Assembly (NCBI GenBank): GCA_042218075.1
Contig: JBDGRK010000009.1
Location: 1-64,000, forward strand
DNA: 64,000 nt
Direction: 5' to 3'
Origin: Candidatus Nanohaloarchaea archaeon
GTDB taxonomy: Archaea; Nanohalarchaeota; Nanosalinia; Nanosalinales; Nanosalinaceae
Shown here piece by piece: positions 55,654-64,000 of this stretch. The notes beneath the pieces are model-generated. The model did not search any database, was not told where the DNA came from, and was given only the letters and a program-made list of their open reading frames with translations. The position numbers were made by a program, and so were the translations under genes. The stretch's first letter is position 1. The number at the start of each line of letters is the position of its first letter.

Positions 55654-56343
55654 ATGTCACGTGTAAAAGAGGACAAGGATATGGTTACGCCGGGAGAAAC
55701 GGTTTTCAAGGGCGATGAGCTCTACGCAAACTCCGGTGTCTTCGAAGAAGATGATAAAATCGTTTCAAAATATGTGGGGATAGTCGAGTACGGAAAGAAC
55801 TCTGTAAGAGTCGTTCCGATGTCCGGAAGATACATTCCGGAAGAAGGTGACATAGTGATCGCGGAAATAACATCGGTAGGTTACAACAACTGGAGAGCTG
55901 ATCTGAACTCGCCCTATGACGGTATGCTGAAGATTGATGTCGCGGTCGACGAGTACATTGATCTGGATGAAGACGATCTTACAGACTACTACGATGTCGG
56001 AGACGCGATTGTAGTAGAGGTGACGAAAGTGACTGAAGGTTACGACGTCAACCTCTCGATGGAGGACAAAAGATGCAGGAAGCTGAGAGGCGGCAGAATA
56101 ATCGAGATCTATCCTTCCAAGGTTCCCAGGGTTATCGGCAAGAAGGGAACTATGGTAAAGCAGATCAAGGAGAAAACAGGATGCAAGATCATAGTCGGGC
56201 AGAACGGCCTGGTATGGATAACCGGAGAGAATCCCAATCTTGCAGCGAGAGCAGTAAAGAAGGTAGAGGAAGAAGCCCACGTTTCCGGACTGACTGATAA
56301 AATCGGAGAATGGCTTGAAGAACAGCTGGAGGGTGAGAAATGA
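55654..56343 (+). CDS. rrp4: exosome RNA-binding subunit Rrp4
   Basis: VTPGE, YIP..GD, PRVIGKKG and GQNG motifs. Confidence 0.95.
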   Translation: MSRVKEDKDMVTPGETVFKGDELYANSGVFEEDDKIVSKYVGIVEYGKNSVRVVPMSGRYIPEEGDIVIAEITSVGYNNWRADLNSPYDGMLKIDVAVDEYIDLDEDDLTDYYDVGDAIVVEVTKVTEGYDVNLSMEDKRCRKLRGGRIIEIYPSKVPRVIGKKGTMVKQIKEKTGCKIIVGQNGLVWITGENPNLAARAVKKVEEEAHVSGLTDKIGEWLEEQLEGEK

Positions 56344-57074
56344 TGGAAGAGGATGTTGAATTTCTTGATGAAGACAGGAAGCGAGTTGACGGAAGAAATC
56401 TGGATGAGGTAAGAGAAACTTCCATGGAAGTCGGAGTCCTTGAAGAAGCGGATGGATCCGCGATGGTGGAGACAGGTAACACCAGAGTTGTTGCATCAGT
56501 CTTTGGTCCACAGGAACTGCACCCGCAGCACCTACAGGAGTCGGACAGAGCTGTGATCAAGATGAGGTACAACATGGCTCCGTTCTCCGTTGACGATAGA
56601 ATGAGCCCCGGCCCGAACAGAAGAGCGAAAGAAATTGGACTAGTTGCGAGAAGGGCTCTTGAGCCGGCAGTAGAGCTTGAAGAGTTTCCAAAGGCTGGAA
56701 TCGACATCTCAATGGAAATAGTTGAATCCGATGGAGGAACCAGGGTAACAGGAATAAACGCAGCTGCTCTGGCGCTTGCTGATGCAGGAATACCGATGAA
56801 GGGTCTTGTTTCAGCTTGTGCCGCGGGAGTGGTTGAGGAAACCGCTGTGCTCGATGTCAACGGGGTAGAGGACAAGAAAGGAAACGCCGACATCCCGATC
56901 GCTCTAGTGAACGGAGAGGACAAGATTTCACTGCTCCAGATGGACGGCGACATCGATAGAGAAATGCTGGACGAATGTATTTCACTCGCCAAGAAGGGAT
57001 GCAGGGAACTCCACGAGCAGCAGATAGAAACCCTGAAACAGAGATACGAAACGATCAGGGAGGACTACAGGTGA
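56340..57074 (+). CDS. rrp41: exosome catalytic subunit Rrp41
   Basis: R.DGR, ADGSA, FGP, MAPFS, DGGTR, ED..G.AD and LLQMDG motifs. Confidence 0.96.
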   Translation: MMEEDVEFLDEDRKRVDGRNLDEVRETSMEVGVLEEADGSAMVETGNTRVVASVFGPQELHPQHLQESDRAVIKMRYNMAPFSVDDRMSPGPNRRAKEIGLVARRALEPAVELEEFPKAGIDISMEIVESDGGTRVTGINAAALALADAGIPMKGLVSACAAGVVEETAVLDVNGVEDKKGNADIPIALVNGEDKISLLQMDGDIDREMLDECISLAKKGCRELHEQQIETLKQRYETIREDYR

Positions 57075-57083
57075 TGTTGAATC

Positions 57084-57875
57084 ATGAAACTAAACATTGA
57101 TACAATCAGAAAGATGGCCCAGGAAGGAGAAAGACTTGATGGAAGAGACCTGGACGAATTCAGGCAAATCGAGATAGAACCCGGTTACATCCACGAGACA
57201 GCGGCTGGAAGCGCCAAAGTCACGATAGGAGACACGCAAGTAGTGGTAGGCCTGAGCGTGGACGTAGAGGAACCTTACCCTGACAGACCCAACACAGGCA
57301 CAATAGTTACCAACGCGGAGCTAGCTCCTATGGCGTCGAGAGAGTACGAGTCCGGCCCTCCACAGGAGGACGGTGTAGAACTTGCGAGAGTTGTTGACAG
57401 GGGAATCAGGGAATCAGAGGCGATTGATCTGGAATCCCTCTGCATCGAGCCAGGAGAGAAAGTGATGACAGTTTTCATCGACGCTCACATCCTGAACGAT
57501 GATGGAAGCCTTATAGATGCGTGTTCGCTCGCGGCAATGACAGCACTGATGACTGGAACTCTTCCAGAGTACGATGAAGAGACGGACACCCTCAACAGGG
57601 ATAATAGGGAAAGAGACATTCCCCTTCAGGAAGAACCTTTCACCGTTACCGCCCACAGGATTAATAGAGAGATAGTCTGGGACACGACAGGCGAGGAAGA
57701 AGAGGCACAGGGCGCAAGACTAACGGTGTCGATCAACGAGCATGGAAACGTTGTGGCTATGCAGAAAGGAGGCACTGCTCCACTGACACAGGAAGAAGTA
57801 ATGCAGATTGTAGAGGAAGCGGAGGAGAAGACCGGGAAACTGAGACAAAAAGTGGAGGAGGCGACCTCCGAATAA
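57084..57875 (+). CDS. rrp42: exosome subunit Rrp42
   Basis: RLDGR, GSA.V, ELARVVDRGIRES, DDG and QKGG motifs. Confidence 0.96.
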   Translation: MKLNIDTIRKMAQEGERLDGRDLDEFRQIEIEPGYIHETAAGSAKVTIGDTQVVVGLSVDVEEPYPDRPNTGTIVTNAELAPMASREYESGPPQEDGVELARVVDRGIRESEAIDLESLCIEPGEKVMTVFIDAHILNDDGSLIDACSLAAMTALMTGTLPEYDEETDTLNRDNRERDIPLQEEPFTVTAHRINREIVWDTTGEEEEAQGARLTVSINEHGNVVAMQKGGTAPLTQEEVMQIVEEAEEKTGKLRQKVEEATSE

Positions 57876-57911
57876 AAAACTTTCCAACAATTAATTCTAC
57901 AAGGTGAGAAA

Positions 57912-58196
57912 ATGGCAACCAGAAACCCTTCGAAAAGATTCGGCTCAAGGTACGGAAGCAGGATAAGGAAGAACGTCGATGCGGCTGAGAAAGTTGAGGG
58001 ATCATGTCCCGAATGCGGGTCTGAGGTTGACAGACAGGCCGCAGGTATCTGGAAATGCAGGAGCTGCGATAAAAAGTTTTCAGGAGGAGCCTACGAGCCG
58101 GATACTGGAGCCGGAGAAATGCTTGACAAGGCACTACAGGTCGGCACTGAAGAACTTGAAGAGGCAAAAGAAATAGTGGAGGATGAAGCAGAATGA
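57912..58196 (+). CDS. rpl37ae: 50S ribosomal protein L37ae (eL43) with acidic tail
   Basis: RFGSRYG, CPECG, GIWKC..C and GGAY motifs. Confidence 0.95.
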   Translation: MATRNPSKRFGSRYGSRIRKNVDAAEKVEGSCPECGSEVDRQAAGIWKCRSCDKKFSGGAYEPDTGAGEMLDKALQVGTEELEEAKEIVEDEAE

Positions 58197-58333
58197 CAGG
58201 TTTTGTATGCGTGGAGTGCGAGGAACAAGTTGAACTCGATCCAGTCGATGATAAAATAATATGTCCTTCATGTTCGCATCGCGTACTGCTGAAGAAAAGG
58301 CCCGAAGACACTGACCACGTTGAAGCGGTCTGA
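58193..58333 (+). CDS. rpoP: RNA polymerase subunit P (Rpo12)
   Basis: Manual translation MTGFVCVECEEQVELDPVDDKIICPSCSHRVLLKKRPEDTDHVEAV; expected synteny. Confidence 0.92.
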   Translation: MTGFVCVECEEQVELDPVDDKIICPSCSHRVLLKKRPEDTDHVEAV

Positions 58334-58551
58334 TGAGATCGGAAGTCGAGTTAGATTCAGGTAGAGCAGAAGACCTCCAGGAAATACTTAAACCGAGTCT
58401 TGAAAACTCAGGGAAAATCGGGCATGAACTCAGGAGCGAGAATGAAACCCTGAGTGTGGGTGTTGAGACAGAGACCTTCGGACAGTTAAGGGGGTGCACT
58501 GACACGGTTTTCAGGCTGGGATCGCTCGCGAAAAAAATACTAGAGAGGTGA
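58333..58551 (+). CDS. pcc1: KEOPS complex subunit Pcc1
   Basis: Size and position between rpoP and prefoldin; ..QLRG..DT..R pattern. Confidence 0.75.
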   Translation: MRSEVELDSGRAEDLQEILKPSLENSGKIGHELRSENETLSVGVETETFGQLRGCTDTVFRLGSLAKKILER

Positions 58552-58557
58552 AACAAA

Positions 58558-58893
58558 ATGGAACAGAACAACGACGCTCAGAAGATGATAATGGAGATGC
58601 AGAAAAACCAGCAGCAGATGCAGCAAGTAGTGCAGCAGAAAGAGGAGGCGGATTCAGAGATCCAGGAATCCAGAAAGGCGCTTGAAGAACTGGAGAAAGA
58701 AGAAGGCGAAGATGTCTACAGGCAGGTTGGAAATATTCTAATCGCGAAGGATAGAGATAAACTCCAGGAAGAACTTGAAGACAGGATTGAAGATCTTGAA
58801 GTGAGGAAGAAAAGCCTGGAGAAGAAGGAGAAACAGCTGCAGCAGAAACTGGAGGACTCGCAGCAGAAGATGATGCAACAGCAGCAGGGGTGA
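58558..58893 (+). CDS. pfdB: prefoldin beta subunit
   Basis: Coiled coils flanking VYRQVGNILI. Confidence 0.93.
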   Translation: MEQNNDAQKMIMEMQKNQQQMQQVVQQKEEADSEIQESRKALEELEKEEGEDVYRQVGNILIAKDRDKLQEELEDRIEDLEVRKKSLEKKEKQLQQKLEDSQQKMMQQQQG

Positions 58894-58897
58894 GAAC

Positions 58898-59146
58898 ATG
58901 GCAAATCTTAAAGCCCTGACAACCAGAATGAGAGACCTCGCGGAGAACGGCAGTATTCCTTCTAATGTATCCGATATGCTGGAAGAAGCTGCTGACAAGC
59001 TTGAGGACGAGGAGGAACAACTTTCCGTCAGGGTTAACTCCGCAGCTTCACTGCTTGACGAGATAAGTAACGACCCCAACATCAAGCAGCACACCAGGAC
59101 AGAGATTTGGAACCTGGCCTCAAAAATAGAAAATCTCAGCGACTGA
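58898..59146 (+). CDS. UPF0147 family protein
   Basis: LDEISNDPNI..HTRTEIWN. Confidence 0.9.
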   Translation: MANLKALTTRMRDLAENGSIPSNVSDMLEEAADKLEDEEEQLSVRVNSAASLLDEISNDPNIKQHTRTEIWNLASKIENLSD

Positions 59147-59201
59147 CACAAGTTATAAAAACATCTGTAGGATTATTCATAACCAAGAGGTAACCAATAA
59201 T

Positions 59202-59564
59202 ATGGCTCTAGGATTTCTAAACTCCGAAGACTCCGGAACTGAACAGATAGTTGAAGACGATTTTGTTGAACTTGACGCGGAAATGGCTGAAACCGATGAA
59301 AAAGTAGTTATCAGGGCTGAAACACTGAGCGAGTTTGAAGACGTGGAAGCCGTGCAGGAACACCTGAGAAACAACCATATTGTATGGGTGAACATAAAGC
59401 CACTGAAGGGCAGGGACATGCCTGACCTGAAGAGAGCTGTGAAGCGACTCAAGAAGACTGTGAAGTCGATCGATGGTGACATGGCGGGAGTCGACGAGGA
59501 TTGGATTGTCGCTTGTCCCGGCTACGCGGAAATCGCGAGATCAAGCGATAAGATAGAGGAATAA
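59202..59564 (+). CDS. sepF: archaeal cell division protein SepF
   Basis: LKRAV..LK......DGDMAG...WIV..P. Confidence 0.88.
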   Translation: MALGFLNSEDSGTEQIVEDDFVELDAEMAETDEKVVIRAETLSEFEDVEAVQEHLRNNHIVWVNIKPLKGRDMPDLKRAVKRLKKTVKSIDGDMAGVDEDWIVACPGYAEIARSSDKIEE

Positions 59565-59579
59565 AGGTTCTACTGGCAG

Positions 59580-59807
59580 TCAGTGCTTCTCAAGTCCAAG
59601 CTCATCCTTGATCCTGTCCATCTCTTCCTCCAGCTGCTCCACTCTATCACTCAAAGCTCCGGTTCCGAACTCGACAAAATTCTTAACACATTCCTTGCAG
59701 TAGATTTCCCCATCGAACTCTATAGCTTTCTCGGGCAGCCTTCCGTCATCCTCTCCACCGAAGTCGATCAGTTGGCCGCACTCCGCACACTTCTTCTCGT
59801 ATACCAT
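59580..59807 (-). CDS. small zinc-binding protein with coiled-coil tail
   Basis: MVYEKKCAECG...YCKEC; start moved to 59807. Confidence 0.7.
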   Translation of the reverse strand: MVYEKKCAECGQLIDFGGEDDGRLPEKAIEFDGEIYCKECVKNFVEFGTGALSDRVEQLEEEMDRIKDELGLEKH

Positions 59808-59862
59808 GTTGGAAATTGATAGATATCGATTAAATAGAATTGGGTATAAATTTCGAGAAATA

Positions 59863-61743
59863 TCAGTTAAGACGATCAATCTCAAGGTTCTGTGGTGCGC
59901 TCGTGTCGATGTGGAGTGCCTTGTGGAGGGTCGAGGCGAGCTGGAAGCATTTCTTTTCCTCGCCATGGTTGGTGAGCACCTTGTTGGGCGAGGAGCGCAG
60001 GTTCCTGCAGAAGTTGATTATCTGCTGTCTGTCGCTGTGGGCCGAGAAACCCGAGACAGTTGATACATTCATATTCATTTCTACCTGCTCTCCATTCACA
60101 GAAATCCTGTCCGCCCCGTTCTGTATCTTCCTTCCCAGCGTTCCCTCGGCCTGGTACCCTACGAAAATCATCGAGTTTTTGTCGTAAGGAGCTAGATGTT
60201 TCAGGTAGCTCATAACCGGGCCTCCCGTCACCATGCCTGAAGTTGTGAGTATAACGGAAGCTCCACCCTCGTAGACATCCTCTCTTTCATTGTGAGAGGC
60301 AATCTCCCTTAAGTTTTGCTTCAGGAATGGAGAATCCTCCTCTTTCATAATCTTTGTCTGCACCTTCTCCGAAAGAAATTCCGGATAGGCCGTGTGGAGG
60401 GCGTTTGCATCGTTGATCATCCCGTCCATGTACACCGGGAAGTCGAAGTACGAGCGGTCCATCTCATCCGCCAGCATTCCGATTATCTCCTGGCTTCTCC
60501 CGATCGCGAATACAGGCACCAGTACTTTTCCTCCCTTGTTCAGGGTCTGCTTCATCCTGGAAAGGAATTTCTTCTGCGCCTTCTCAGTCGGCTGCTGCTC
60601 GTCGCCCTTACCTCCGTAGGTGGATTCAGTTATCATGGTCTCCACACGCTGGAAGTTGGTGTCCGCCGGCCTGAGCATCTCCGACTGGTCATAGTTGTAG
60701 TCGCCCGTGTAAAGCACGTTGTGTAGACCCTCCCCTACGTGTATGTGGACCAGTGAGCTTCCCAGGATGTGGCCCGCGTTCTTTAGCGTCAGCCTCATGT
60801 CCGGCGTGATATCAGTCACTTCTCCATACTCGGGAGTTATAGTTCTCTTCACCGCCTTCTTGATCGCCGAGGAATCGTAAGGTGCGTTGTTACCCTCGGA
60901 ATGGGCTATGCCGATGTAGTCCAGGGTGTTCATTATCATCAGGTCTCTCGTCGGTTTCGTGCAGTAAAGCGGACCATCGTAACCCATCTTGTAAAGGTAC
61001 GGGACCATCCCCCCGTGGTCCATGTGGGCGTGCGACAGAACTACAGCGTCAAGAGCCTGGAGGTCAAGCTCCGGTGCATCAAGGTAAGGAAAGTTCTCCT
61101 GGGAACCTGACTCGGCGGAAGGATCTATACCCGCGTCCATCAGAATCTTCGACTCCTCTGTCTGCATCAGGAAGCATGATCTGCCTACCTGCCTGCATCC
61201 ACCGAGACCTCCGATCCTTATCCATTCATCACCCGCTGATTTATCAAGCCGGATCTTCTTGCCGACCTCGTGGAGAAAGTCTTTCCTGAATTTAGGATCT
61301 TCCACCGTTAGCTCTCTAGCACGATCCACGATCTTTGAGCTGATGGATGGAACCCGCTCGACCTGCGGATCCCAGAGAGAGGCCTCTTTTATCTCCTGAA
61401 GACCTTTTCCTCTCTGACCTATGACAGAGCCAGGATTTTCCGCCCTGATGATCACCTTTCCGAGAGAGGGCTGGAATATCATCTCCTCTATATTATCTTC
61501 ATCAGTGACACCCTCTATCCTTTCCTTCGCGACCTCGGGATCCCGGAAAAGCTTCGAGGAAGGTCGGACCTCCACCCTTTTCTTCAGTTCGGAGACTATC
61601 TCCTGCACAGTATCCGAGTTATCAAGCAAAAATTCTTCACTATCGGTGTATATAACTATATCTGATGCCTCGAAACGTATTTCCGAAACTTCCGCTCCTG
61701 AGGGCAGGAATTGTTCTACCTCTTCAAGTTCTTCAGTCGGCAT
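59863..61743 (-). CDS. fttA: beta-CASP ribonuclease aCPSF1 / transcription termination factor FttA
   Basis: KH domains; SHAHMDH, AGHILGS, ESTYG, FSAHSD and NHGE motifs. Confidence 0.96.
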   Translation of the reverse strand: MPTEELEEVEQFLPSGAEVSEIRFEASDIVIYTDSEEFLLDNSDTVQEIVSELKKRVEVRPSSKLFRDPEVAKERIEGVTDEDNIEEMIFQPSLGKVIIRAENPGSVIGQRGKGLQEIKEASLWDPQVERVPSISSKIVDRARELTVEDPKFRKDFLHEVGKKIRLDKSAGDEWIRIGGLGGCRQVGRSCFLMQTEESKILMDAGIDPSAESGSQENFPYLDAPELDLQALDAVVLSHAHMDHGGMVPYLYKMGYDGPLYCTKPTRDLMIMNTLDYIGIAHSEGNNAPYDSSAIKKAVKRTITPEYGEVTDITPDMRLTLKNAGHILGSSLVHIHVGEGLHNVLYTGDYNYDQSEMLRPADTNFQRVETMITESTYGGKGDEQQPTEKAQKKFLSRMKQTLNKGGKVLVPVFAIGRSQEIIGMLADEMDRSYFDFPVYMDGMINDANALHTAYPEFLSEKVQTKIMKEEDSPFLKQNLREIASHNEREDVYEGGASVILTTSGMVTGGPVMSYLKHLAPYDKNSMIFVGYQAEGTLGRKIQNGADRISVNGEQVEMNMNVSTVSGFSAHSDRQQIINFCRNLRSSPNKVLTNHGEEKKCFQLASTLHKALHIDTSAPQNLEIDRLN

Positions 61744-61786
61744 TAGGATTCAGCTCCGATCATAATTTTATCTCAAGAGAAGAAAT

Positions 61787-62440
61787 TCACTCAAGTCTGG
61801 ACTCGACTTCTTTCTCCTCCATTACTTCATATCCTTCATCTGTGATCTCGACAACCATTATACCATTCCCTGAGCCTGTATCTCGCTCCATCGCCGCTTC
61901 AACTGCTCTTACCGCCAGCTCTTTTCCATCCTCGTGGCCCATTCCTTCCTCGTAGTCGTCTTCCAGTACACCGTAGACCATAGGGCTTCCCGAGCCAGTG
62001 GTGGCAAAGTTATCATGCCTGACCAGGCTTCCCGTAGGGCCGAGCGTAAATATAACCCCTCCATCATCATCTGTCCCTCCAAGCAGGAACTGGTTCATGA
62101 ATGGCATCATCTTGTTTCCATGTAGAATATTGGCCAGTAGCGTTCCGGCTCCTTTAACAGTCAATTCCTTCGTCTCGAGCTTGTGGAGTTTCAGTTGAGA
62201 CCTCATTAGCCTGATAATCTTCTGAGCGTCACCGACACCTCCAGCTATAGTGATACCTATAGAATCATCCAGCTTGTGGATCTTCTGGACGTTCTTGGCG
62301 GAGGTCATGGTTCCAAGGGATGCCCTGGTGTCGGCAGCCATTATTACCCCCTCATCCGTCACCAGACTCAGAGTAGTGGTTCCCGTTTTGAATTCTTCCA
62401 TCTTTTCATCATTCTTGTTTACCTGTTCATTCTGCATCAT
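61787..62440 (-). CDS. psmB: proteasome beta subunit
   Basis: Propeptide then KTG|TTT; AADTRAS, GSGS and RD..SG motifs. Confidence 0.96.
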   Translation of the reverse strand: MMQNEQVNKNDEKMEEFKTGTTTLSLVTDEGVIMAADTRASLGTMTSAKNVQKIHKLDDSIGITIAGGVGDAQKIIRLMRSQLKLHKLETKELTVKGAGTLLANILHGNKMMPFMNQFLLGGTDDDGGVIFTLGPTGSLVRHDNFATTGSGSPMVYGVLEDDYEEGMGHEDGKELAVRAVEAAMERDTGSGNGIMVVEITDEGYEVMEEKEVESRLE

Positions 62441-62559
62441 TATACACCTAGAAGCTAAAGTTAGGTGAAAAACCTATTTTTAGATTCGGCGCTGAGCTTT
62501 AAATAGGTGTCGAGATAGACAGCACTTTAATAATTCACGCCGGAACCTAAACTAGTAAG

Positions 62560-63672
62560 ATGGATTTCAGAGATCTGAAGCTGAAGAAGAATATTGTGGA
62601 GAACCTGAAAGAGGATGGAATCGAAGAGCCGACAGAGGTGCAGAAGAAGGCTATACCGGAAGTTTTCGAGGGAAAAGACCTGATGGTTGAATCAGAGACA
62701 GGGTCAGGCAAGACTTTTGCGTTCTCTCTCCCGATAATAAATGATGTTTCAGGCTATGAAACACAGGCACTGATACTGACGCCGACGAGAGAGCTGGCTA
62801 AGCAGGTCAATGCGGAGATAAACAGGGCATCGGATAAAATTGAAACCGTCACCATATACGGTGGAGTAGACTACGAGCCCCAGATTCAGGGGGCGAAAAA
62901 AGCCCAGATGGTGGTGGGTACCCCCGGAAGGACGCTCGATCTCCTGAAGCAGGGAAAGCTGGAAATAGGAAATGTGGACTACCTTGTTCTCGACGAGGCG
63001 GACAGAATGCTTGACATGGGATTCCAGGACGAGCTCGAGGCAATAATCGAATTTCTCCCGGATGAGAGGCAGAACCTGCTTTTCGGCGCAACAATCCCGC
63101 CGGAACTCAGGAAGATGTGCGACCGCTACTCGATCGATCCAGAAACGATAAGGATCAAGGCCTCGAGACACACAAGAAATCTTGACGAGAAGTATATCGA
63201 CGTGGATTCGAACAGGAAGATTTCCGCACTCTACACACTGCTCAAGGAGAGGGACACTGATCTATCAATAGTCTTTTGCCGTACAAAAGCGACGACAAGG
63301 TGGCTTACCGACAAGCTGAAGAAGAATGGTATAGACGCACAGACTCTCAACGGAGACATGAGCCAGAACAAGCGCGAGAGAACGATCAAGGAGTTCAAGG
63401 AGGGAAAGTTTAATGTGGTGGTGGCTACTGACGTGGCAGCGAGAGGCCTCGACGTGGACAACGTAACCCACGTCTTCAACTACAACGTCCCGGACAAGCC
63501 CGACACTTACACCCACAGGGTGGGGAGAGCTGGAAGACAGGGAAGGAGAGGTGAGGCGATCACCCTGCTCGAGAGCGACGAGCACTCCAAGTTCCGCAGG
63601 ATCAAGAGAAAGAAGGATGGAATCAAGAGGATGGATAGAGATAAGTTAAACCTGAGAAAGGTCAGGACGTGA
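62560..63672 (+). CDS. DEAD-box RNA helicase
   Basis: TGSGKT, PTRELA, DEAD, ARGLD and HRVGRAGR motifs. Confidence 0.95.
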   Translation: MDFRDLKLKKNIVENLKEDGIEEPTEVQKKAIPEVFEGKDLMVESETGSGKTFAFSLPIINDVSGYETQALILTPTRELAKQVNAEINRASDKIETVTIYGGVDYEPQIQGAKKAQMVVGTPGRTLDLLKQGKLEIGNVDYLVLDEADRMLDMGFQDELEAIIEFLPDERQNLLFGATIPPELRKMCDRYSIDPETIRIKASRHTRNLDEKYIDVDSNRKISALYTLLKERDTDLSIVFCRTKATTRWLTDKLKKNGIDAQTLNGDMSQNKRERTIKEFKEGKFNVVVATDVAARGLDVDNVTHVFNYNVPDKPDTYTHRVGRAGRQGRRGEAITLLESDEHSKFRRIKRKKDGIKRMDRDKLNLRKVRT

Positions 63673-63775
63673 ACCCGTAAAAGTTTAAAACTCTTCAGGG
63701 AATACACGGTTCTATGGGAATTTTTTACCTGATAGTAAAAAATAAAATATCGACCAGGGAGAGGGCAGGGAACTG

Positions 63776-64000
63776 ATGAGCGCTGAAGCTGAAAGCCGGA
63801 TAGAAGCTATTCTTGATCCGGGGAGAGAGGAAGAAATGAACCGCGCCCTTGACAGACAGAAGGATAGAGTCAAGCAGCATGAACACGCGGAACCTGATGG
63901 TATCAATGTAGGACTTGAGGAAGAACTTTTTGTGCTGGATGGAAACGAGCCTGTGAATGAATCTACGAGAGATGAGCTTATAGGAAAGCTGGGAAAATGG
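63776..64000 (+). CDS. glutamate-cysteine ligase (GCS2)-like protein, 5' partial
   Basis: MSAEAESR...INVGLEEELFVLD; runs off the end of the window. Confidence 0.5.
   Translation, partial: MSAEAESRIEAILDPGREEEMNRALDRQKDRVKQHEHAEPDGINVGLEEELFVLDGNEPVNESTRDELIGKLGKW

Noticed and set aside
55765-56992. Long antisense ORFs (248 and 267 aa) over the exosome genes, and similar shadow ORFs elsewhere
   Set aside because: Ser/Leu/Phe-rich mirror frames caused by GAR-rich coding of acidic proteins on the opposite strand.

Overview
Archaeal chromosome segment with an acidic proteome, archaeal information-processing genes, GGTGA-type Shine-Dalgarno motifs and BRE-TATA promoters. An acidic proteome together with an exosome and many haloarchaeal-like accessory genes points to a Nanohaloarchaeota (DPANN) genome; this is an inference. 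Contents, left to right: an ISH3/IS4 transposase remnant; a sugar-nucleotide operon (oxidoreductase, degenerate NTP-transferase, GlmU-like enzyme, HAD-phosphohexomutase fusion); an ABC exporter; vapBC and RHH-RelE toxin-antitoxin pairs; a bacterial-type proS followed by tRNA-Pro(CGG) and preceded by a ~290-nt structured, repeat-containing leader; a decaying GNAT/2H/APH/methyltransferase cluster; two non-canonical histone-fold genes; an AbrB-PRTase-HAD-nucleoside hydrolase-hisS operon whose AbrB gene is interrupted by a 91-nt hairpin insertion; many small accessory genes and several pseudogenes; intron-containing tRNA-Ala(GGC) with a duplicated 3' end and hairpin-rich flanks; a rare tRNA-Ile(UAU) with a 115-nt multi-hairpin BHB intron; and the conserved proteasome-exosome superoperon (psmA, SBDS, rrp4/41/42, L37ae, rpoP, pcc1, prefoldin beta, sepF) with three opposite-strand insertions, followed by FttA/aCPSF1, psmB and a DEAD-box helicase. 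The best novelty candidates are the proS leader/operon and an apparent short-hairpin insertion process acting on tRNA loci and one mRNA. All assignments were made by eye from motifs; no database searches were run.
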